Source: an uncultured Verrucomicrobiae bacterium (lineage in GTDB: Bacteria > Verrucomicrobiota > Verrucomicrobiia > Opitutales > JABDGR01). From it: a stretch of DNA of 64,000 nucleotides. Positions 1-9,318 of the stretch are shown here, piece by piece; positions within the stretch are counted from its first letter, which is position 1; each line of letters opens with the position of its first letter. A program made the translations under genes and the position numbers. The notes beneath the pieces were generated by a model that saw nothing but the letters and a program-made list of their open reading frames with translations, was not told where the DNA came from and searched no databases. The stretch lies in assembly GCA_963765205.1 (NCBI GenBank), contig CAVXVB010000007.1, positions 288,001-352,000 of the forward strand. The letters run 5' to 3'.

Positions 1-25
1 TCAAGATGTGATGTATGGTGGAAGC

Positions 26-373
26 ATGACCACCAAAACCACCCCGACCAACCCGAGCTTCCTGAACGGCGTGCCGGAGCTGCTGGTGCTGCGGCTGCTC
101 GCCCGCCGCGCGATGTATGGCTACGAGATCGTCAAGGAAATCCAGGTGCAGACCAGCGACGCCCTGTCCTTCGGCGAGGGCTGCATCTACCCCTACCTGC
201 ATTATCTCGAGGCGGAGAAATTCGTGCGCAGCCGCCGCCGCGAGGTCGCGGGCCGCAGCCGCAATTACTACGAACTCGCCGCGCGCGGCCAAAAGCGCCT
301 CGCCGCCCTCGAACGCGAGTGGAGCCGCGTGACCGAGGCCGTCGCCGCCGTGAAGGGAGCGCAACATGCCTGA
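26..373 (+). CDS. PadR-family transcriptional regulator
   Basis: ELLVLRLL..MYGYEIVKEI..EGCIYPYLHYLE..R.R.YYEL...G wHTH signature; ATG at 26 chosen because it follows a -10-like box. Confidence 0.9.
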   Translation: MTTKTTPTNPSFLNGVPELLVLRLLARRAMYGYEIVKEIQVQTSDALSFGEGCIYPYLHYLEAEKFVRSRRREVAGRSRNYYELAARGQKRLAALEREWSRVTEAVAAVKGAQHA

Positions 374-1592
374 CCCCAACCCCATCGCGCAGTTGCAACG
401 TCGGCTCGTGGAACTTGGTTGCCCGGTGAAGGCCACACGTAAAATCGTTCGTGAAACCGCCGAGCATTACGAAGACTTGCAACACGCCGCCCAAGCGCAA
501 GGCCTGCCGCCCGCGGAATCGGCCGCGCGCGCCGCGGAACAATTGGGCAACCCTGATGTATTGGCGGAGCGCCATGTCGAGGTGTTGCGGAAGTCTTCGT
601 GGTGGGCGAGACATGCCTTTTTCACATTTGGATTTTTGCCATTGGTTACTACAGCTGGGATTTGGCACGTGTATGGTTTGATAAACGGCGGCCAGCTGCC
701 CGACATCGCGGTAGATATCCTGCTCGCGATTAACGAATCTAAAATTTTCCTCTTGGCCTATTTTGCCGTCTATGGGGGCATTTTTGCGATAACTGCGCTG
801 GTGACGGTTTTCTTTTGTTTGCGCGCCCAACAAATGGCGGTGAGGCGCCGATGGATTTGGATCATCGGCATCCTGCTGGCCGTGCAAGGTCTATTTCTCT
901 AAATAAATACTTCGAACGAGGCGTTCTACCTGTTTCATCACGAATATATTACAGACGATATGGTCAAGGCGGAATTGCCCAATTTGGCGGGTGATCATCA
1001 AACCATGCAAAATGCGTCTGGCCTGGATGCCATGGATGCGGCATTGCATAAGGCGTGGGAAAAACAGTCTCATCCCCGGGCTTCACTATGGGATTCAGGG
1101 TTGCAAATAACCGTGACCACCCCGCAGGGGTATGGCTTTGTTTATAAAGCTTCAAAACGTCCCAATCCCATGGGTGATGTTGCCCACACGCAGGCTTCCC
1201 ATCGCGGCGGGAGGCTGATCCTAAGCGTTCCAGTGAACCCAGCCTGGCGGGACGAATTCGAGCAGATGAACGGACTTTGGCTTGAGGTGCCGACATATCC
1301 CCTAGCCGCAGACCTGCCACCGGGTGCGATTGTTGCCGACGACTTAAACGGGATCATGCTTCCTATTCCACAGATCTCGTATTTCATTTCATTCACTGGC
1401 TTTGGACATTGGAGTTGGGGTGCGTGGAGGCACCTTCCAAACGTGCCATTGTTAATCTGGCTGCTACACTGGCTCAACGTGGCCATGCCCTTGTTGGTTG
1501 TCGCAACCATGCTGGCTTGGCAAAGGCGCGTGGCCAAGCGTTCGCTGCGAGAATCACCGTTTGGCTCCGCGCAACCGGTTGGCACAGCCTGA
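366..1592 (+). pseudogene. PadR-associated membrane protein (HAAS/permease-prefix-like N-terminus) split by one in-frame TAA at 900-902
   Basis: ORFs 366-902 and 960-1592 are in the same frame and 903-959 has no stop; N-terminal motif RKIVRETAEHYEDL...A..RA.EQLG.P; TM segments on both sides of the stop. Confidence 0.6.
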
Positions 1593-1599
1593 AAACAAC

Positions 1600-2136
1600 A
1601 TGCCCGCCGTCCCCTCCATCGAACAATTGCAACGGCGACTCGTCGAACTCGGCTGCCCGGCCCTGACCGTGCGCCGGATCGTCCGCGAAACCGCCGAGCA
1701 TTACGAAGACTTGCAGCAAGCGGCCGTGCGGCAGGGGCTGCCGCCCGCCGAGGCCGCCCGGCTGGCGGCGGAACAACTGGGCGATCCCGCCGTGCTGGCG
1801 GAACGGCATGTCGCCGCGTGGCGGAATACTTTGGCCGGAGGTTTCTGGCCCGGTGTCGCCCTGGTTTTGTCGCCGCTGGTTGTTTTGGGGTTGCCGCTTG
1901 TCTTTTGGGTGGGATGTCCGTTTTTCACCTTTTTGGCCGCCTTCTTGGGCTTTGAACTGGTCCGGCGTGCCCCGGCGAAATCCAAGTGGATGATCTTGCT
2001 GGCCTGCGCGCTGACTGCGCTGGAAGCCCTGTTGATACCGACTACGACATTGAACATCGCGACGCCGTGGCTGGTCGCGGGCCTAATCTATTTCGGGCAA
2101 CGGCCGGCGGACCATCCGGCATTGATTCAGCCTTGA
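1600..2136 (+). CDS. Second PadR-associated HAAS-like membrane protein
   Basis: N-terminal ~65 aa nearly identical to the 366 gene (QLQRRLVELGCP..R.IVRETAEHYEDLQ), followed by 3-4 hydrophobic helices. Confidence 0.75.
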   Translation: MPAVPSIEQLQRRLVELGCPALTVRRIVRETAEHYEDLQQAAVRQGLPPAEAARLAAEQLGDPAVLAERHVAAWRNTLAGGFWPGVALVLSPLVVLGLPLVFWVGCPFFTFLAAFLGFELVRRAPAKSKWMILLACALTALEALLIPTTTLNIATPWLVAGLIYFGQRPADHPALIQP

Positions 2137-2221
2137 GCGGCGCGCAGGTGTGATGCAGTGGTGGAAAGACGATAACGCGCGCCGGGCTCCAAATTTTTGA
2201 TAGTGGGTCAATTTGCTAATT

Positions 2222-2297
2222 ACGTAGCGCGGTGCTTCAGCCCGCGCTTTGAGGATGAAGAAACTTTCTGAGCGCGGGCTAAAGCACCGCGCTACGT
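2222..2297. repeat. Inverted pair of GTAG-type REP-like palindromes
   Basis: ACGTAGCGCGGTGCTTCAGCCCGCGCT (2222-2248) and its reverse complement (2271-2297) match 26/27; third copy at 30638-30663. Confidence 0.8.
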
Positions 2298-2413
2298 GAA
2301 AGGCATGGCCAGCTTCTGGCAAGGTCTGAAACTGACCCTTAGACAATTTTTTGTGCGCTTTTTGGGGGCGGCGGGGTCTATAATGAGACCAGGCCTTTAC
2401 CGGCCGCCCTTCC

Positions 2414-2998
2414 ATGACGCCCTTGGAACTCAACGCCCATCTCCTGCGCCTGATCGAGTCGGACGGCCACGACGAGGAGGCGCGCCACGCCGTCGTCGAG
2501 GCCGCCGCCCGGATGCAGCCCGACAGTCCCGTGAAGTATTGGAAAAAGACGACCACCACTTCCCGCGGCGGTCAACTGACCGGCCACGCCGACATCGGGC
2601 ACGACGTGATGGTGAATTTGAAAAACGGCGAAACCGAAACCAAGGAAATCAGTTGGGGCGATAAATCCCTGCGCATCGGGCACTTCAAGCTCTCGTGCCA
2701 AAAAAGCCGGCGCAAAAGGGACGCCGGCCAACTGCGGAGCCTCACCATCCGCCACTTCTGGAAAGCCGACCCCGGCACACGCTCCGAAACGGAAACGCCC
2801 GAGGAATGGCTCCTCCAGTTCGACGCCGCCGGCCAGCCCGAGTATTTCGCCAAAATCAGCGAGCCGGTCAAACTCTGGAGTTTGGCCAGCTTTACGATGT
2901 CGCAACTCTATGCTGTCGTCACCTGGTCCCGCGATGGCAAACTGGAGCGGAAGCCATACGCCAAAGTGCTCGAACGCAGAATCACCCGCTGGAAATGA
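2414..2998 (+). CDS. Hypothetical soluble protein
   Basis: 194-aa ORF with GC3-rich codon usage; TATAAT at 2379-2384; no family recognised. Confidence 0.65.
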   Translation: MTPLELNAHLLRLIESDGHDEEARHAVVEAAARMQPDSPVKYWKKTTTTSRGGQLTGHADIGHDVMVNLKNGETETKEISWGDKSLRIGHFKLSCQKSRRKRDAGQLRSLTIRHFWKADPGTRSETETPEEWLLQFDAAGQPEYFAKISEPVKLWSLASFTMSQLYAVVTWSRDGKLERKPYAKVLERRITRWK

Positions 2999-3055
2999 AT
3001 AAATTTCCAGCCCAAACCTACGCGCAAATTCGATAATGGGGTGGGGGATAATTCG

Positions 3056-3147
3056 GAGTTTACCGTTTGCGGTTTACGGTTTACGGTCGTGGGCAACACC
3101 ACGGGCGGTGGTTTAACTGAAAACTGTAAACCGAAAACCGTAAACTC
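3056..3147. repeat. Heptamer-repeat (GTTTACG) inverted hairpin
   Basis: Arms 3056-3087 and 3116-3147 are reverse complements built from GTTTWCR units. Confidence 0.8.
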
Positions 3148-3150
3148 ATT

Positions 3151-4083
3151 ATGCCAGCCCCGTCTGCGTCTGCTCCCAACCAGCCCATTGAATACTTCAA
3201 CCGGCATACGGGCCGCGTCGAAGTCGAGCGGGTTTACGGCGAGGCGGCGCTGCGCTGGGCGTATGAGAACCCGTTCGGAAGGCTCACGAATTGGGCGTTC
3301 GCGCGCCGGGCCTGGCTGGCCCGGTGGTATGGCTGGTGGATGAGTTCGCCGGCGACCCGCGACAAAATTCCCCTCTTCATCGAAAAATTCGGCCTCGACG
3401 TTTCTGAGTTTGCCGAGCGGCCGGAGAACTTCGCCAGCTTCAACGATTTCTTTGTGCGCAAGCTCAAGCCCGGCGCGCGGCCCCTCGAGGGCGACGCCAA
3501 CACCGTCGTCTTTGGCGCGGACGGACGGCATTTGGGCTTTCCCGATGCCTCGCAGGCGGAGGGTGTGTTCGTGAAAGGGCAGCAATGGGATTTGGCGGCG
3601 CTGCTCGGTGACGCGGAGCTGGCAAAAACTTACGCGCACGGCGCGCTGGTGCTTTCGCGGCTGTGTCCCGTGGACTATCACCGGTTTCATTTTCCGGCGG
3701 ACGGCACGCCCGGCGCGCCGCGCTGGCTGCCGGGCACGCTGTGGAGCGTGAACCCCATCGCGCTGCGGCGGAATTTGGCGTATCTCTGGGAGAACAAGCG
3801 CGCGGTGACCATTTTGACGACCGCGCGATTCGGCCGGGTGCTGCTTCTGGAAATCGGCGCGACGAACGTGGGCAGCATCAACCAAACTTTCACGCCGGAC
3901 AGGCCGGTAAGTCGCGGCGACGAAAAAGGCTACTTCGCCTTCGGCGGTTCTGCGACGGCGACGCTTTTCGAGCCGGGCAAAGTGCGGCTGGCGGACGATT
4001 TGGTTGCGCAGACCAAAGCCGGACGGGAATTGTATGCGAGGATGGGGACGAAATTGGGGAGTGCTCTAGTTTCTAGTTTATAG
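3151..4083 (+). CDS. psd: Phosphatidylserine decarboxylase proenzyme
   Basis: F.SFNDFF.RKLKPGARP, RLCPVDYHRFHFP, EIGATNVGSI and KGYFAFGGS cleavage motif. Confidence 0.92.
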   Translation: MPAPSASAPNQPIEYFNRHTGRVEVERVYGEAALRWAYENPFGRLTNWAFARRAWLARWYGWWMSSPATRDKIPLFIEKFGLDVSEFAERPENFASFNDFFVRKLKPGARPLEGDANTVVFGADGRHLGFPDASQAEGVFVKGQQWDLAALLGDAELAKTYAHGALVLSRLCPVDYHRFHFPADGTPGAPRWLPGTLWSVNPIALRRNLAYLWENKRAVTILTTARFGRVLLLEIGATNVGSINQTFTPDRPVSRGDEKGYFAFGGSATATLFEPGKVRLADDLVAQTKAGRELYARMGTKLGSALVSSL

Positions 4084-4148
4084 TTTTTCAATTCGAGTGT
4101 TTTCACTTCCCATCCCGCCTTAACTAAAAACTAGAAACTAAAACACTC
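4059..4148. repeat. Heptamer-repeat (TAGTTTC) inverted hairpin overlapping the psd stop
   Basis: Arms 4059-4085 and 4122-4148 are 24/27 complementary. Confidence 0.8.
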
Positions 4149-4229
4149 TGCAATTCCCTAACTTCTAGCTTCTATCTTCCAACTTCCACTGCTACGCTCG
4201 CCTTCTATCCCCTACCTCCTGCCCCCCGC

Positions 4230-6698
4230 ATGATTGTCCGCGAAAACGATTTGGCCTCGATTGTCGGGGCGCTCCATGCGCAACCGCACGCCGTGCTGGG
4301 GCTGCATCCGCTGACGTGGCAGGGCAAGAAGGGCCTCGTGGCGCGGGCGTTTTTGGACAACGTGCGCTCGTGTGAAGTAGTGGATTTGTCGTCGGAGCCG
4401 GAACGGCGCTACCCGCTGAAGTGCATCCATCCAGCGGGGTTTTTCGAGGGGTTTATCGAAGGGCGCACCACGGTGTTCCCCTATCGGCTGCGCGTCGCGC
4501 GCGGGAACGGCGAGATCCGCCAGTTCTACGACCCCTACGGCTTTTTGCCCACGCTCTCCGAGCAGGACTTGTATTTGTTCAACGAAGGCAACGACCATTT
4601 CGTTTACCGCAAACTCGGCGCGCACGTGCGCGAGCACGCCGGCGTCAAGGGAGTGTCGTTCGCGGTCTGGGCGCCCAGCGCGCGGCGCGTGTCGGTGGTG
4701 GGCGACTTCAACCGCTGGGACGGGCGCTACCACCCGCTGCGCTCGCTCGGCGCGTCCGGTGTGTGGGAGATTTTCATCCCCGGCCTCGAACCCGGCGCGA
4801 AATACAAATTCGAGATTTTCACCGGCGGCGGAAAATTGGTGCTCAAGACCGACCCCTACGGCCTGTTCTTCGAGCCGCCTCCGCACAACGCGGCGATTGT
4901 CTGGGACCTCGGCGGACACGAATGGGGCGACGGCGAGTGGGTGGAACGCCGCGCGCGCACCAACTGGGAGCGCGCGCCGCTGTCGTTTTACGAGGCGCAC
5001 CTCGGCTCGTGGAAACGCCAGGCGCACGACGGCCATCGCCCGCTGACTTACCGCGAGACCGCCACTGAGTTGGGCGCCTATGTGAAGGAACTGGGCTTCA
5101 CGCACATCGAATTCATGCCGCTGGCGGAATATCCCTTCGAGGGTTCGTGGGGTTACCAAGGCACCGGCTTTTTCGCGCCGACGCACCGCTACGGCCGCCC
5201 GCAGGATTTCATGGCCATGGTGGACTCTTTCCACCAGCAGGGCCTCGGCGTGATCATGGACTGGGTGCCCGCGCATTTCCCGCGCGACGCCTTCGCGCTG
5301 GCCGAATTCGACGGCACCCACCTCTACGAGCACGCCGACCCGCGTCAGGGCGCGCACCAGGACTGGGGCACGCTCATTTTCAATTACGGGCGGCACGAAG
5401 TGCGCGGCTTCCTCACCGGCAGCGCCCTTGCCTGGCTCGACCGCTACCACATGGACGGGCTGCGGGTGGACGCCGTGGCCTCGATGCTCTACCTCGACTA
5501 CTCGCGCAAGGAAGGCGAATGGGTGCCGAACAAATACGGCGGGCGCGAAAATATCGAGGCGATTGAATTCCTCCGCAAGACCAACAGCCTCGCGCACCAT
5601 TATTTCCCCGGCACGCTGATGATCGCCGAGGAGTCCACCGCCTTTGGCGGCGTGTCGAAGCCCGCCAGCGAAGGCGGCCTGGGCTTCGACTTCAAATGGA
5701 ACATGGGCTGGATGCACGACACCCTCGAATATTTCACCAAGGACCCCATCCACCGGCGCCATCACCACAACCAGTTGACTTTTCCCATGCTGTATCAATT
5801 CACGGAGAAGTTCATCTCCGTGTTCTCGCACGACGAGGTCGTGCACGGCAAGGGCGCGTTGATTTTGAAAATGGGATCCTGGGCGATGACGGACAAGGCG
5901 CGGACGCTGCGCGCCCTCTACGCGCTGATGTGGCTGTGGCCGGGCAAGAAATGCCTGTTCATGGGCCAGGAATGGGGCCAGTCCGGCGAATGGAAATACG
6001 ACGCCCCGCTCGAATGGCACCTCCTGCAATACCTCGACCACGAGGGCACGCGCCTCGCCGTGCGCGACTTGAACCGCCTCTACCAAAGCGAGCCGCGCCT
6101 GGCGGAACTGGACCTCGACGCGCGCGGCTTCGAGTGGATCAATGCCCACGACGCCGATAACAGTGTGATTACCTTCCTGCGCATTGGGCCGGACTGGGAA
6201 CCGATCTACGCCATTGCCTGCAATTTCACCCCCGTGGCGCGCCTGGCCTATCGGCTGGGCCTGCCGCGCGCGGGCCGCTGGCACGAAGTGCTCAACACCG
6301 ACGCCGCCTGCTACGGCGGCACCGGCCTGGGCAACCTCGGCGAAGTCCTCGCCGAGGCGAAACCCTGGGACCACCGCGAATACTCCGCCGCCATCGCCCT
6401 CCCCGGCCTCTCCACGGTGATTTTCAAATGGGAGCAGCCGGCGAAGCCTCCTGCTCCCCCGCCGCCCGTGGAGCTGCCGCCCCCTGTTCCGACCAGGAAA
6501 AAGCAACCCGCCTCGATGCCCGTCATGCTTGTCACGAAAAAACCCGCGGCTAAAAAATCTTCCGCGCCGAAAAAGGCACGCACAAAAAAGACGGCACTGC
6601 ACAGGTCATTATTGGAACTTTTACAATCCTGCCCCGAAGACCTCACCAAAATTGATCTGTCTCGTTCGCGCGAGCTGCCCCGTGAGATTGTGTTCTAA
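4230..6698 (+). CDS. glgB: 1,4-alpha-glucan branching enzyme with C-terminal extension
   Basis: FAVWAP.A, SWGYQ.TG.FAPT.RYG, DWVPAHFP, DGLRVDAVASM, IAEEST, SHDEVVHGKG (GH13 branching enzyme motifs). Confidence 0.96.
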   Translation: MIVRENDLASIVGALHAQPHAVLGLHPLTWQGKKGLVARAFLDNVRSCEVVDLSSEPERRYPLKCIHPAGFFEGFIEGRTTVFPYRLRVARGNGEIRQFYDPYGFLPTLSEQDLYLFNEGNDHFVYRKLGAHVREHAGVKGVSFAVWAPSARRVSVVGDFNRWDGRYHPLRSLGASGVWEIFIPGLEPGAKYKFEIFTGGGKLVLKTDPYGLFFEPPPHNAAIVWDLGGHEWGDGEWVERRARTNWERAPLSFYEAHLGSWKRQAHDGHRPLTYRETATELGAYVKELGFTHIEFMPLAEYPFEGSWGYQGTGFFAPTHRYGRPQDFMAMVDSFHQQGLGVIMDWVPAHFPRDAFALAEFDGTHLYEHADPRQGAHQDWGTLIFNYGRHEVRGFLTGSALAWLDRYHMDGLRVDAVASMLYLDYSRKEGEWVPNKYGGRENIEAIEFLRKTNSLAHHYFPGTLMIAEESTAFGGVSKPASEGGLGFDFKWNMGWMHDTLEYFTKDPIHRRHHHNQLTFPMLYQFTEKFISVFSHDEVVHGKGALILKMGSWAMTDKARTLRALYALMWLWPGKKCLFMGQEWGQSGEWKYDAPLEWHLLQYLDHEGTRLAVRDLNRLYQSEPRLAELDLDARGFEWINAHDADNSVITFLRIGPDWEPIYAIACNFTPVARLAYRLGLPRAGRWHEVLNTDAACYGGTGLGNLGEVLAEAKPWDHREYSAAIALPGLSTVIFKWEQPAKPPAPPPPVELPPPVPTRKKQPASMPVMLVTKKPAAKKSSAPKKARTKKTALHRSLLELLQSCPEDLTKIDLSRSRELPREIVF

Positions 6699-6731
6699 GT
6701 TTTTGTCGGTTCCGAACATTAGCGAGAGGAA

Positions 6732-8390
6732 CTACTTCTTCCGCCCGTGGCGAACGGTAATATAGAGCAGCCAGCAGCCGAAGAACATGGCGGCGACAAA
6801 ACCCCATTTACCCAGCACGTAGGGGAACTTGCTTAAATCGGCCAGACTGACGCGCGAGACAATGAGCGACGAGGACAGCAGGGTGGCGGCGATGATGATG
6901 GCCAGCACCAGCCGGTTGACGCCGTGCTCGAAGGACTCACGCAGGCCGTCCAGCCCTTTGTGCACGAAATTGATGCTGAACTCACCTTCCTCGAGGTTGC
7001 GCAGGAGGCGGATGACGGTGCCGGGGATTTCCCGGGCGTGGCGCAGGGTGGCCCGCCAGTCCCAATAGAGCAGGCGGGCGAGGGTGTGCGGGTGCCAGCG
7101 TTCGAGGTTGAGCTCGTGCAGGAACGGCTCCGAGATCGAGCGGATGTCAAACGCGGGGTCAAGAATCTCGCCGACTTCCTCGATGGCGAGGACGGCCTTG
7201 GCCAGCATCGCATAATCCCGCGCCAGGCGGATGCCGTGCGAGCCGAAGACATAGAGCAGGTCGAGGATGATGCGCCCCAACTCGCGGCCCTTGTCCTTCC
7301 CCGCGTATTTCCGCAGCATGATGCTAACGTCTTTTTCCAGCAGGGTTGCATCCACCCGGCGTTTGGTGATGGCGTTGGCCAGCACGATGCGCACGACTTT
7401 TTCCGGGTCGTCCGCGGAAATCGCGGCAAACAAATCCGCCAGGAAATAGCGCATGATCCGGGTGAGCTGGCCGGCCTGGCCCCAGTCAATCAGGCACAGG
7501 CGGGCGTCCGGGGTGATGAGCACGTTGCCCGTGTGCGGGTCGGAGTGAAAGAACCCGGAAATCATAATCTGGTTGAACACGGAGCGCCCGCCGATGGTGG
7601 CCAGGCGCGCGCGTTCCTCCTTCGGCAACCCAACTTTCGCCGGTTCCACGCCGTCCACCCATTGCAGGACGAGGACGCGGCTGGTCGTGAAGGAGTCAAA
7701 GACCTTGGGGGCAAAAATTTCCTTCGGATATGGGTTCGTTTGATTGAAGTAGTCCGAGTTGCGCGCCTCAATGGTGAAGTCGAGTTCGAGCAGCATGTTT
7801 TCGCCGGTTTCGTTGACGACCGTCGGCAGGTCGTAGGCGCGCAGCTCGGGCAGGTGGAGCTGCATTTGATGCGCGAACCAATGGATGATTTCCAAGTCGG
7901 CCTTCATTTCCTTGCGCAGGTGCGGGCGCTGGGCCTTGACCGCGACAAACTCACCCGTGTGCAGGCGGGCCTTATATACCTGCGCGATGGAGCCGGCGGC
8001 CACCGGCTCGGGGTTGAACTCGGCGAACACTTCTTCCACCGCGCCTTTGAGTTCGCGTTCGAGGATGGGGCGCATTTTCTCCCACGGCACCGGCCGCACC
8101 TGGTTGCGCAGGCGTTTCAACTCGTCAATCAACGGTTCTGGCAGCACGTCGGCCCGGGTGCTGAGTACTTGGGCGAATTTCACATAGGTGGGGCCCAGGT
8201 CTTCGGCGGTGACGCGGATGCGCTGCCAGATGTTCAGCCGTTCCGGCCGCAAGGGCGTGCGCTTGGTCAGCCAGGAGGGTGGCGCCTCAATTTGCTCAAG
8301 AAATTCCTGAAACCCATTCCGAATCAGCACGGTCACGATTTCCGTGAACCGCACCAGATTGTTCAGCTTATGGAGGGGATTGAGATTCAC
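6732..8390 (-). CDS. AarF/UbiB/ABC1-family atypical kinase
   Basis: LGPTYVKFAQ.LSTR.D, AAGSIAQVY.A, VAVK.QRP, ELDF..EA, GFFHSDPH.GN, IDWG; C-terminal TM helices. Confidence 0.92.
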   Translation of the reverse strand: MNLNPLHKLNNLVRFTEIVTVLIRNGFQEFLEQIEAPPSWLTKRTPLRPERLNIWQRIRVTAEDLGPTYVKFAQVLSTRADVLPEPLIDELKRLRNQVRPVPWEKMRPILERELKGAVEEVFAEFNPEPVAAGSIAQVYKARLHTGEFVAVKAQRPHLRKEMKADLEIIHWFAHQMQLHLPELRAYDLPTVVNETGENMLLELDFTIEARNSDYFNQTNPYPKEIFAPKVFDSFTTSRVLVLQWVDGVEPAKVGLPKEERARLATIGGRSVFNQIMISGFFHSDPHTGNVLITPDARLCLIDWGQAGQLTRIMRYFLADLFAAISADDPEKVVRIVLANAITKRRVDATLLEKDVSIMLRKYAGKDKGRELGRIILDLLYVFGSHGIRLARDYAMLAKAVLAIEEVGEILDPAFDIRSISEPFLHELNLERWHPHTLARLLYWDWRATLRHAREIPGTVIRLLRNLEEGEFSINFVHKGLDGLRESFEHGVNRLVLAIIIAATLLSSSLIVSRVSLADLSKFPYVLGKWGFVAAMFFGCWLLYITVRHGRKK

Positions 8391-8432
8391 GGACGAGACG
8401 GCGGAGGATGAACGCGAGCGGGCGGCGGCGGG

Positions 8433-8798
8433 CTAGTGATGGGCTTTGGCCGGCTTATGGGCGTGGGCGGCTTCGGCCGGCTTGTGGGGCGTGGCCGCGG
8501 TCGCGGCAACGTGGTGGGCTTCGAGCGCGGCGAGACGTTTTTCAAGCTCGGCCATTTCCTCACGGGTGGCGAAGTTTGATTTCTTGAGCAGCTCCTGGAA
8601 GCGCTGGCCCAGCTCGTGCTTGGCCGTTTCGAATTCCTGCTTGCCATCCGCGACAATGCGGTCGGCCAGGCCTTTGGCGTCTTGGGCGGAAAGCTTGCCC
8701 TTTTCAACGTATTCGTGGAGGGCGCTTTCGACTTTTTCCTTGGTGGTCACGGTGGCGCCGATGCCGGCGAGCACGGTTTTTTTGATGAGGTCTATCAT
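8433..8798 (-). CDS. Phasin-family (granule-associated-like) protein
   Basis: MIDLIKKTVLAGIGA..TKEK...VEKGKLS..A and ATREE..EL.KRL..LE; lies directly upstream of the UbiB-family gene, a common pairing. Confidence 0.8.
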   Translation of the reverse strand: MIDLIKKTVLAGIGATVTTKEKVESALHEYVEKGKLSAQDAKGLADRIVADGKQEFETAKHELGQRFQELLKKSNFATREEMAELEKRLAALEAHHVAATAATPHKPAEAAHAHKPAKAHH

Positions 8799-8829
8799 GG
8801 TGTTGGTGGATTGAGGGTTGGCGGGATGA

Positions 8830-9318
8830 TCAGAGTAATTTGGGCACCAGATACCAGCCGAGGATCCAGTGGCCCAGCGGGCGGTTGCGGCCCGGGTCTT
8901 CGGCGCGTTCGAGGTGGAGCAGGCCGCATTTTTTGAAATCAATCAGCACCGGCTCGGTCTGCCCGCTGAGCAGGCAGGAGGCCAGGGCCTCGAAATGCGG
9001 GTTGTGCCCGACCACGACGACGGATTTGCGCGAGCAGGCAAGGCGCAGGGCCATCGGGCGCGGGTCGTCCTCCGGACGCAGGCCGGGCGCTTCGTGCAGT
9101 GGCAGGGTGAGGTCCAGTTCTCGGCGGAAAATCTCGGCGGTTTGCACGGCGCGCAGCAAAGGGCTGTGCCAGATTTCGCGGATGTCGAGCTCCACTTCAT
9201 GCTTGCGCAGGAACGTGGCCAGTTGGTCCACCTGCTTTTCGCCCTTGCGCGTCAGACGCCGGTCGGCGTCTGCCTCGCCCGGCTCAGCCTCCGCATGGCG
9301 CAGCAAATACAGGTTCAT
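8830..9318 (-). CDS. sixA: Phosphohistidine phosphatase SixA
   Basis: LYLLRHAEA, D..R.LT..G, HSP..RA.QTA, VVGHNP. Confidence 0.9.
   Translation of the reverse strand: MNLYLLRHAEAEPGEADADRRLTRKGEKQVDQLATFLRKHEVELDIREIWHSPLLRAVQTAEIFRRELDLTLPLHEAPGLRPEDDPRPMALRLACSRKSVVVVGHNPHFEALASCLLSGQTEPVLIDFKKCGLLHLERAEDPGRNRPLGHWILGWYLVPKLL

Noticed and set aside
900..902. Alternative genetic code or stop-codon reassignment
   Set aside because: TAA, TAG and TGA all terminate conserved genes correctly elsewhere in the window.
4212..6602. 796-aa antisense ORF, and similar long shadow ORFs (6924-8411, 8840-10480, 19049-region plus strand, 47936-49315, 61389-62945)
   Set aside because: They lie opposite well-supported genes and are expected from high-GC codon bias; no motifs recognised.
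6732..9318. sixA-phasin-UbiB kinase cluster as a novel system
   Set aside because: The phasin-like plus UbiB-family gene pair is a widespread known arrangement.
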